Shown piece by piece: positions 54,695-64,000 of a stretch of 64,000 bases of DNA. The stretch's first letter is position 1; every line of letters begins with the position of its first letter. This DNA is from Hormiphora californensis. Its lineage: Eukaryota; Animalia; Ctenophora. The stretch is from assembly GCA_020137815.1 (NCBI GenBank), contig CM035361.1, positions 5,208,001 to 5,272,000 of the forward strand, given 5' to 3'. Both the position numbers and the translations under genes were made by a program. A model generated the notes under the pieces. It had not been told where the DNA came from. It saw nothing but the letters and a program-made list of their open reading frames with translations, and did not search any database.

Positions 54695-57600
54695 GAGAGA
54701 GACAGAGAGAGAGAGACAGAGAAAGAGAGCTCTGAGCAGTAAGTGCTGACAAGGGCCATGATACGTTTACAACGTGAGGCGCTGACAAGGGCCATGGTAG
54801 GTTTACAAGTCATATTTCTCCTAAAAATTTGGACTCCAAGTCCACTCTCAGACTTTTGGGTTAGGGCTAATGATACCATCTTTCCAAATTATTCCTAATC
54901 GTCCCTAATTATTCCTAATCGTCCCTAATTATTCCTAATCGTCCCTAATTATTCCTAATCTCCCCTGATTATCTCCTAATTATCCCCCATTATCTCCTAA
55001 TTATCCCCCATTATCTAGTTGACTACAACAATAATGACAGTGAACAATTGTGGAATGGCCGTCTCAGAGCTTCCCGAAATGCAAGAAACAAGTTCTGGCA
55101 TGCTCAGTTGTCTCAGCTGTAAGTATACCATGTAGACTGTTATTAATAGGAGCACTGTTTAGGAGCACTTTTTAGGAGCACTTTTTTAGGAGCACTTTTT
55201 AGGAGCACTGTTTAGGGGTAGTATGACATACTGCCTACGGAACGTTTGAGGACACATTACGGACACATTGAGGACACATTGAGGACAGGTTGTGGACAGG
55301 TTGAGAACAGGATGTGCAATCGTTACTCAATGTGTCCTCAATGTGTCCTCAATGTGTCCTCAACCTGTCCTCAACCTGTCCACAACCTGTCCACAACCTG
55401 TCCACAATGTGTCCTCAACCTGTTCTCAACCTGTCCACAACCTGTCCACAACCTGTCCACAATGTGTCCTCAACCTGTCCTCAACCTGTCCACAACCTGT
55501 CCACAATGTGTCCTCAACCTGTCCACAACCTGTCCACAATGTGTCCTCAATGTGTCCGTAATGTGTCCTCAAACGTTCCGTAGGCAGTATGTCATACTAC
55601 CCTGTTTAGGAGCACTTTTTTAGGAGCACTTTTTAGGAGCACTTTTTAGGAGCACTTTTTAGGAGCACTTTTTAGGAGCACTTTTTTAGGAGCACTTTTT
55701 TAGGAGCACTTTTTACTTTTTAGGAGCACTGTTTAGGAGCACTTTTTAGGAGCACTGTCAGTTTATTGGGAGATTGATTAGATCGTGTATAACAGTCGGG
55801 CCTCATTTACCGAGCAAAATGATTTAAAAAATCGGGATCAGGTAGAACTTCCTTAAATATCTGAGTTGAAGGAATGGGCTTCCCAGAGAGATTAAAATGT
55901 CAGGAAATTGAATATATCCTACACCACATATTCAGTGCACATAATTTGTCATACCAGTATTTCCTACTCAAATTACAAAATACTGAGCTCTAGACAACTA
56001 AATTGAGATTTACGAGACAAATCGAACTTAACTACACCATACTTACAATTATTATGGGGTTGGTGTTGTCTCAATTGTTGTGCCATGTAACCAGTGAATT
56101 GAATGGTTATTAACTTCCACTTCGTCGTGATTATGTATAACGACCAACTTCAATTTTCACGGGAGACCTCAGACCACACACAAGAAAGTCATAACATTTT
56201 ACATCATTTTATCATTTTAATTGTTCAACATTTACTACATCTACCTTCTCTCTCAGCGCTGTGGAAGACAGGTTGTATGAAACGGGGAAGTAACCTTATG
56301 TTTATGAGAAAGGCCCCTGAGCCTGTTCCTAAGTCAAAAGGTAAGGTTGTAACTAGTAGAAGCAGACATTGTAACCACATTTTAACCACATTTTAACCAC
56401 ATTTTAAATGCTGCTGCTGCTGCTTACTGTGCGGTTCATTAAAAATGCTTTCATTTAAAACCCACATCTCTTTTCCTTAAACCCTTATCACAGGAAGCAA
56501 TGCTGTTATAGTTGAACCTGCTATTGTTAGTGAGATCATTGAACCACCTACTGCCCCACCTACTGCCCCACCTGCTGCCCCACCTGCTACACCACCTACT
56601 GTTATACTACCTGCTTCCCCACCTGCTGCCCCACCTACTGTTATACTACCTGCTTCCCCACCTGCTGCAGTACTACCTGCTGCCCCACCTGCTGTCCCAC
56701 CTGCTGCAGTATTACCTGCTGCCCCACCTGCTGCCCCACCTGCTACACCACCTACTGTTATACTACCTGCTGCCCCACCTGCTGCCCCACCTTCTGTTAT
56801 ACTACCTGCTGCCCCACCTACTGGTATACTACCTACTTCCCCACCTGCTGCCCCACCTGCTGCAGTACTACCTGCTGCCCCACCTGCTGCCCCACCTACT
56901 GTTATACTACCTACTTCCCCACCTGCTGCCCCACCTGCTGCCCCACCTGCTACCCCACCTGCTGCCCCACCTGCTGCCCCACCTGCTGCAGTACTACCTG
57001 CTGCCCCACCTGCTGCCCCACCTTCTGTTATACTACCTGCTGCCCCACCTACTGTTATACTACATACTTCCCCGCCTGCTGCAGTACTACCTGAAGTTAG
57101 CGTCATCGACCCTACCGGTAAAATAGTTCTCTAGATGTGTTAGAAATAACTGTGCTTCTGGGACTTGCGACTCCCGGCGACTCAATAAATTTATGTAATT
57201 GCTAGTATGACGTATGAACTATTCGATTAACACTCCTAATTTCGCTGTCCTAAAACACCCCCCTTATCCTAGTAATTAGTGGTGAACCGTCCTTCATTGA
57301 CAATATTCCTCCCCCACCTCGAATATAATGCTACAACAACCTATCACTGGTAGTTCAAGTGAGAGTGGACCGAATCAGAATTGGACAAGTTTGTTGTAGG
57401 TAGTAGAGATTAGCTTTATGAGCATTTTGCGTTTTTGCCGCTCAAAATCGACCCACCCATCACTGAGATATTTTTGTTATGTTGGGAGAACTCCTGTTTA
57501 ATCAGTATGTATAAAACAGAATAGAAACAATCGTGGTGTTTTACTAACACATTCTGAATATAAGCAGTGAGGTTGACATGTCCATGAAAAGAAGCAGGGT

Positions 57601-58113
57601 AATGCAAGCCAGCATATTAAAAATTTAAAGAATGTGTTAGTAAAACACAAGGATTGTTTCTATCCTGTTTGATAAATACTGATCCAGCAGGAATTCTCCC
57701 AACATAACAAAAATATCTCAGTGATGGGTGGGTCGATTTTGAGCGGCAAAAACGCAAAATGCTCAGAAGGGTAATCTCTACTACATACAACAAACTTTTT
57801 CAATTCTGATCCGGTCCACTATCACTTTCATGTAGTTTTATCCTAGGGTGTTTGCCGTTAAGTTCCGGGGTTGTGACTTGCGTGGTGTACTGCTTTGTGG
57901 GGTGTTAGTTAAAAGTGTTTCTTGTGAGAGGGGGAAAACGATGAAATAGTTGTAGATCGTGCATGGTGTCCCATTTTGTGTGCTCTTATATAATGGCCCC
58001 TCACCCCTGTGTTTTTTGTGGGTTTTATATTGAGCTTTCAACTGTATCTATTTGACCTTATTTCTGTTTTCCTAAAAACGTCTTTCATTTCAGGTGGTGA
58101 AAAAGAAGAGTGA
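50475..58113 (+). CDS. MTCH2: Mitochondrial carrier homolog (MTCH2-like). Exons ~50475-50567, 51776-51877, 52033-52182, 53453-53595, 53902-54097, 55019-55118, 56257-56341, then candidate 56494-57117 / 57273-57328 and/or 58094-58113
   Basis: [65 protein letters not shown] match MTCH1/2. 3' exon usage uncertain. Confidence 0.88.
50595..51607. mobile_element. ~1-kb near-perfect palindromic element with TTAA TSD (Kolobok-like GG...CC termini)
   Basis: ttaa|GGCCAGAGGGG...CCCCTCTGGCC|ttaa. Arms ~495 bp, spacer ~25 bp. Confidence 0.85.
52300..53445. repeat. ~21-23-bp pyrimidine-rich minisatellite (ctttctatcacctacctcccct) filling an MTCH2 intron up to the acceptor
   Basis: About 50 degenerate copies. 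Confidence 0.93.
55217..55601. mobile_element. MULE-like MITE (TIR GGTAGTATGACATACTGCCTACGGAACG, 9-bp TSD ctgtttagg) with internal 11-bp subrepeats, inserted in a 13-bp aggagcacttttt minisatellite (55149-55758)
   Basis: TSD at 55208-55216 and 55602-55610. Confidence 0.88.
57358..57826. mobile_element. ~470-bp degenerate palindromic MITE
   Basis: Arms, e.g. gagcattttgcgtttttgccgctcaaaatcgacccacccatcactgagatatttttgttatgttgggaga, are reverse complements. Confidence 0.8.
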
Positions 58114-58670
58114 ACAATGATTGGTGAAAGTGAATTGACAATAATTGGAGTATTTTAGTTGGACTGAGTATCAGAATATGTTAACTAACATACATGTGTA
58201 ATGCAATGTTAGTGTGTCTTACATGCAATGTTAGTGTGTCTTACATGCAGTCTTAGTGTGTGAGCGAGAAAAGAGGGGGAATTATTGAAAATGATGGGGT
58301 GAATTATGTGGTATGTACATTTAAAACATTGTCTCTCTGCAGCTTTTACACCATTTTTAAGATGGCTTATATATTAGGAACCGACCGAATCAGGAAATAC
58401 TGGTCCCTGTCCCCTGATTGGCTGATAGTCAGTCACGTGACATAAATAACGAGTTCTGATTGGTTGTTTACTTGTTTCGGTCGGTTCCTGGTTTATATTA
58501 CAGTGGTGATTTCTTTTTTGAAAATCGGTTTGTTCTTGTTAAATATTTTATATCTCGTTTTAAAGAATTGACAATCAGTTAAATTATTTTAGTCCTCCTT
58601 TAGAGAGTGAAACAATTTAAGATTTGACCTCTCCTAAACTAAATTTCTGTTTTCTTCAAAGCTCTAAGGG

Positions 58671-60782
58671 ATGACTCATGAACAGTTGAACTCTTCAGGT
58701 GTCCACCATTCAGACAACATCTGGAAGACAGGTATATGTATTATCAATCAAAAGACTGCTATAAAACATATATATTGTCATCCACATACATATATGTACA
58801 TTACCAGATACTAGGATACTAGAATATTAATTATTATTGAGTCCTAGTATCTGATTCTAACCCTCATTCACCCTTGTCGCGGGGTGCAAGTGAGAGAGGG
58901 TCTCTCGAACAAGTATCTGGTGCACTAACACAACTCTTTATCAGCGTTACCTGACGATGATTCGACATCTCACCGAGAATTGGGAGGAGGGGTTAAAAAA
59001 CGAAGGCTTAGTGGTGGAGGTAGGCAAATCCGCTTATATAAGTTGTTCCGCAAGTACATTAATCACTACGGGTCACTATCACCATTATTAATCTAGCGAA
59101 TCTCAGTAGAGTTCGTCAAAAGAAAGTGTTGGAGGATTCTTTACACAAATTGATCCCTCTGTCAGGTGGTATCGAGATAGTAAAGTGTAATATCTGTGGC
59201 TCACATTTTGACAATCCAGCACAGTTGAGTGACCACTTGTTGAGGCACGATGCAGATTACCGATACAATCCCATCTACAAGTAAATATTGGTGTTTCAGA
59301 TATTTTAAAATTGATGTTATAAGTGAGATTGCTGGAAAACCTACATTAGACATTTTAGTTGGGCCTGACACAAGTCTCGACACGACATTTCAGTTTTTGT
59401 ATTTTAACTTCTCTCTAACCAAATATGCAACTCCAGGTGTTCCTACGGACAGTGTACGTTCAGAACAGATGATCGTCCGCTAATGAAGCATCATATATCA
59501 CGGATTCACCTCCGATCGGAACAAGCACTAGTATCACGGAAACATCGCAACAGGAAGCTTCTCCGGCCAACTATTCTATGCAGGTATGGGATGACATGCC
59601 CCTAAAAACCATATAAGACATTGCTAGATTGCTAATAAAACCCTTTTTATACCTGCTAAGCTATTTAGTATTTGGTTAATTAATTTGTTTATTAAATAGC
59701 TAATTAATTACATAATTAAATTATAATTTAATTAATTAATTAATTTTCTCACCAGTACCTGCCCGATGGTGTTTGCTACGGAAACCGAACTGTGGCAACA
59801 CACGCCCTACTGTAAAGAGTACCGGTGTCAGTTCTGCGGGCAGCACTTCTGGACAGTCGATAAACGGTAAGTTGGGACCAGGAACCGACCGAATCAGGAA
59901 ATACTGGTCCCTGATTGGCTGATAACCAGTCACGTGACCTAAAAAATGAGTTCTGATTGGCTGTTTACTTAATTCGGTCGGTTCCTGGTTGGGACTGTTT
60001 GAGAGGAATATAAAAAAAGAGATCCGAGTTGAGAATGGGCTAATGATAAGGGATTCTTTATGAACGCAACGTGAGAGGGGAACTGTAAGGTTATACATAT
60101 AATTCCCCTCGTACAGAATATTTGAGGTGAATATATTCGAGTTGGACATTTCAAATCACACATTTTCATTTAGGTACGCTCACGAGATGGCGTATCACGA
60201 AGAAGAGTTCGAACTTGAAGAGGAGGAGGTGGACGATCAGGAGGTAGAAAATGGGTACCACCACCATCAGAATGGGCAGGAGAATGGGGAAAACGGTGAA
60301 ACACAGGTACTGATTCCTATGAGTTGTATTATAACTTGGGTATGATATCCCCTCATTTATCTCCCTCCTGCGCTGTCCTCTCTCACGATATCCGGCACGC
60401 TACGTTTAGTTAGAAGGGAAATTGTACCCAATATTATTACCTGATCCATATTCATCATTGTGCAGCTTATTACAAGCTTTCTATTGCCTGTGACATCATT
60501 TCTTTGCAGGATGGAAAACCATTGGATATTCCTGAAACAACTCGACCTGGTACATCCAATGGGTACTCTGTTATAGAAGCCTCGCCCCTCTCGCCAAGTG
60601 AACCTGCAGAGGCCTCGCCACCTGAACCTGTAGAAGCCTTGCCAAATGAACATTTAGAGGCCTCGCACCTCTCGCCAGCTGAACCTGTCGAAGCCTCGCA
60701 CCTCTCGCCTAGTGAACCTGTAGAGGACTCGCACCTCTCGCCTAGTGAACCTGTCGAAGCCTCGCCCCAAACTTCAGAATGA
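58671..60782 (+). CDS. C2H2 zinc-finger protein (4 fingers, NLS, acidic/repetitive C-terminus). Exons ~58671-58731, 58946-59020, 59097-59280, 59437-59583, 59755-59866, 60174-60306, 60510-60782
   Basis: KKRRL; CNICGSHFDNPAQLSDHLLRH; CSYGQCTFRTDDRPLMKHHISRIH; CSTCPMVFATETELWQHTPYC; CQFCGQHFWTVDKRYAHEMAYH. Confidence 0.85.
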
Positions 60783-61296
60783 AGACTAAAACTCTAATTT
60801 GTGATATAAATGTGATTTGTGCTTGGTTGACAGTTGATTAACACTATTTATAACTGCGTTCCAAGCTCAAATAATAAGTTGTTTATTTTGGTTTCTTTTT
60901 TGTGTCACAAACCAAGTTGATTGGCTGATAATCAGTCACGTGACCTAAATAACGAGTTCTGATTGGTTGTTTACTTGGTTCGGTCGGTTCCTGATACATA
61001 GCCACAAGTTTGACTCTCAGTTTATTGAGTGATGATGAAAACATTCCAATTGGCTTGACAATTTTTGTTCCGAATGGACTTTTTTGAGATATATATTTTC
61101 TCAAGATATATAATTGTGTTTTCTTGCATACATCATGTGTTAAAGATCATTTTGTGTGTATTATATTTCACTACAATTAACCTTCGGGCTATATTGTGAT
61201 CCTATATATAATATAATATTCGTTATATATAATTAATTATCCAAAAAGAACAGTTGTTTTTATACTTGAACTATCTCCTATCTGCTACTATATACA

Positions 61297-62297
61297 TAGT
61301 CAGGGCATATGATGACAAAATATGGGCATAATTGTTATCAAGCTAATTTCACTTCTAGTAGGCTCTATTAGGTCCCTAGAAACACCAAAAAAATTGGCCG
61401 CGGTTTTATCAATGAAGAAGTTGGGTTTTTGGGCCACGCCCTTTTACCTATGTTTTTAGCCTTCTGACGAAACCCAAAACGGGGCTTAGGAAAGGAGTAG
61501 AGACAAATCTAAGGACACTAAAATGTGTAGCGTTCTCGCATTAGTGGGGGTAGGTGCGGAAATTAAGTCTCTATCTCATCTGGTTAATTAGATAATTAGA
61601 TAATTAGATATGCGCATAACCGTATTTTGGCTAAATGGCTATAGCCACTTAGGAATGGGTTAGAGACTTTTCACTGGTGCCATTTTGTAGGCAATAGCCA
61701 AGTTATGGGGGTCGACGTCGAACTTTTAAGCTCTATCTCCAACCGTTTGACCGCTATTTGGCATTAAAGATGCTCAAAATCGGGCTTTTTACCGTTTTTT
61801 GCTCATTTTGAGCATCTTTAAAGCCAAATAGCGGCCAAACGGTTGGAGATAGAGCTTAAAAGTTCGACGTCGACCCCCATAACTTGGCTATTGCCTACAA
61901 AATGGCACCAGTGAAAAGTCTCTAACCCATTCCTAAGTGGCTATAGCCATTTAGCCAAAATACGGTTATGCGCATATCTAATTATCCAATTATCTAATTA
62001 ACCAGATGAGATAGAGACTTAATTTCTGCACCTACCCCCACTAATGCGAGGACGCTACACATTTTAGTGCCCTCGGTTTTCCCTCTTCTCCTTTCCTAAG
62101 CCCCGTTTTGGGTTTCGTCAGAAGGCTAAAAACATAGGTAAAAGGGCGTGGCCCAAAAACCCAACTTCTTCATTGATAAAACCGCGGCCAATTTTTTTGG
62201 TGTTTCTAGGGACCTAATAGAGCCTACTAGAAGTGAAATTAGCTTGATAACAATTATGCCCATTTTTAATTTATTTTGGCATCATATGCCCTGACTA
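61297..62297. mobile_element. ~1-kb near-perfect palindromic non-autonomous element (TA-flanked GTCAGGGCATATGATG...)
   Basis: Arms ~480 bp reverse-complementary, ~25-bp spacer near 61790. Confidence 0.85.
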
Positions 62298-62434
62298 ACA
62301 CCAACCTATCCAATAAGAAGGTGTGTTGATCCTGTAAATTATGACGTCATACACACCTCTCTATGACGTAATACATCCCTCACTTTCTATTTATAGCCAT
62401 GATAATGTCTAATGACGTCATTATATTTTCAGCC

Positions 62435-63012
62435 ATGATAAAATGGTTCCTGTTATGTTCCCTAATTCTCGCTGTTAGCCCATCAGAAAACACACCATCA
62501 CCCGAGACACAAGCCAGTGAAGGGCAGTTGGAGACACAAGAAAGTAACAGTCACCTAGAAGAGGGTCAGACAGAACAGAACAATGCGCTATTAGTTGAGG
62601 AGGATCAGACAGAAGGGGAGACTGACGAGGGTCAGACAGAAGGGGAGAGTGAGCTGTCCAAAGAGGAAACACCAGAAGTAGATGTACAAGATACGGTACA
62701 AGATGCAGTGGAAGAAGAAGAAGAAGAAGAAGAAGAAGTCCCTAGAACAAGCCCGGTTTTAGATTTCTGGGATGTTCTAGAATCGTTTCAAACGTGTACA
62801 TTACAAGGGAATCACTCAACTTCAGGAGATCAGGGCTCGGTGAGTTGTTTTAGTCTTCAAACTGGCCATCCTGCTTTGTCTAATCTCTCCTATTAGGCCA
62901 CCCTAGACTCACACTAATAAATCTTCAAATCTGTCCTATTAGGCCACCCAGGCCACACTAATAAATCTAATTCTCTCAGACTGAGGGAAAAGAACGACCC
63001 TCCACCAGAAAG
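62435..63012 (+). CDS. 5' part of a secreted acidic protein of unknown function. Exons ~62435-62839, 62980-63012; continues or is unresolved
   Basis: Signal peptide MIKWFLLCSLILAVSP followed by an E/Q/T-rich region; gtgagt donor at 62840. Confidence 0.6.
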
Positions 63013-63856
63013 GTATTTGGGCTCAAAGCGGTAATGTTGAAATACCTTGTCCATCCTATCCACCGAACACTCGCCTTAGTTTTCCAAGAGGTAACTCCAC
63101 AAGTTTACTATTTTGCTAAAAACGATTAATAATTGAGTCAAAGCGTGTTTGTGTACCTGCTGACCTAAATCTTTTCGAAACTTAGCAATTATTTCCCTAC
63201 ACAGACAGAGAAAGACGGACACTTTGTAGTTCGAAAGTCGGCCGATACCCCTGATAAAGTGTACCGGTGTAAACAAAGCAGTAATAATGGTGGAGGAGAG
63301 GAAGGAAGAGATACCGGCGTAATACAGAGTGGTTAGTGGGGACTGAGTGGTTAGGAGTGGTTAGTGGGGACTGGGTGGTTAGTGAGGTGTCAGGGTGGTT
63401 AGGAGTGGTTGTTGGGGTTGTTGGGAGAGGGAGGAGATACTGGCATAATACAGAGTGGTTAGTGAGGTGTCAGGGTGGTTAGTGAATAGTGGGTACTGGG
63501 CTGGGTTATTAGGGGTGCAGGTTAGTGGTGATTAGTGGGCCGATGTGGGGGAGCAGGGTGGTTAGGACAACGAAACGCCGATTGGCAGTACTGTAAAACA
63601 TTTCCTTAGTCCCATACGTACGGGACGGGACTAAGGAAATGTTTTACAGTATCTTGCTTGCTGCAAAATTCCGAACAGAGCAGCGTGAGATACACAATAT
63701 ATCTAATACCATTTTTTTTGGGGGGGGGGAAAAATTTAATTTCCCCAAAAAATAAACCAAATGTTTTTTTTTTTTATTTTTTCCCTTTTTTTTTTTCCCC
63801 CCCCCCCCTTTTTTTGGGGGGGTTTTTTTTTTTTTTTTTCCCCCCCCCTTTTTTTT

Positions 63857-63937
<81 letters not shown>

Positions 63938-64000
63938 CCCCCCCCCCCCCCCCCTTTTTTTCCCCCCCTTTTCCCCCCTTTCCCCCCCCCCCCTCTTTTT

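Noticed and set aside
55246-55623. Cys-rich repetitive ORFs
   Set aside because: Internal 11-bp subrepeats of a MITE.
56477-57126. Gly/Ala-rich (-) and Leu/His-rich (+) ORFs in the track
   Set aside because: Alternative frames of the Pro/Ala repeat; the splice-compatible frame is the PPAAPP one.
63710-64000. Homopolymer C/T/G runs
   Set aside because: Looks like low-quality read or contig end rather than biology.

Overview
Intron-rich eukaryotic (invertebrate animal) genomic DNA, not prokaryotic. A ctenophore or similar origin is a guess from overall style and apparent trans-splice acceptors; it is not proven. Manual splicing gives nine protein genes: TRIP13/Pch2 (5' end outside the window), a small secreted Cys-rich VWC/pacifastin-like protein (-), CLASRP, TXNL1, an ankyrin-repeat CaaX protein (-), a ~20 kb secreted mosaic lectin, a small mitochondrial-type membrane protein, MTCH2 and a C2H2 zinc-finger protein. 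A tenth gene, an acidic secreted protein, begins near the right end. The mosaic lectin reads signal peptide, 3 galectin, 4 F-type lectin, 2x[PCSK9-C-like pair/FOLN/EGF], Ca-EGFs, 2 Ig. Introns carry a CR1/L2-type LINE, an ORF1-only LINE-like element, many MITE/foldback families (hAT-like, Tc1/mariner-like, MULE-like, Kolobok-like) and minisatellites. The strongest signals are: (1) the lectin domain architecture; (2) MITE insertions concentrated just inside 5' splice sites, some duplicating the donor as their TSD; (3) tandem arrays built from splice junctions themselves; (4) acceptor sites just before start codons of closely spaced co-oriented genes, suggesting SL trans-splicing/operons; (5) an MTCH2 Pro/Ala-rich candidate cassette exon. 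The last ~290 bp are low-complexity, probably poor-quality sequence. Exon coordinates were read by eye and may be off by a few bases.
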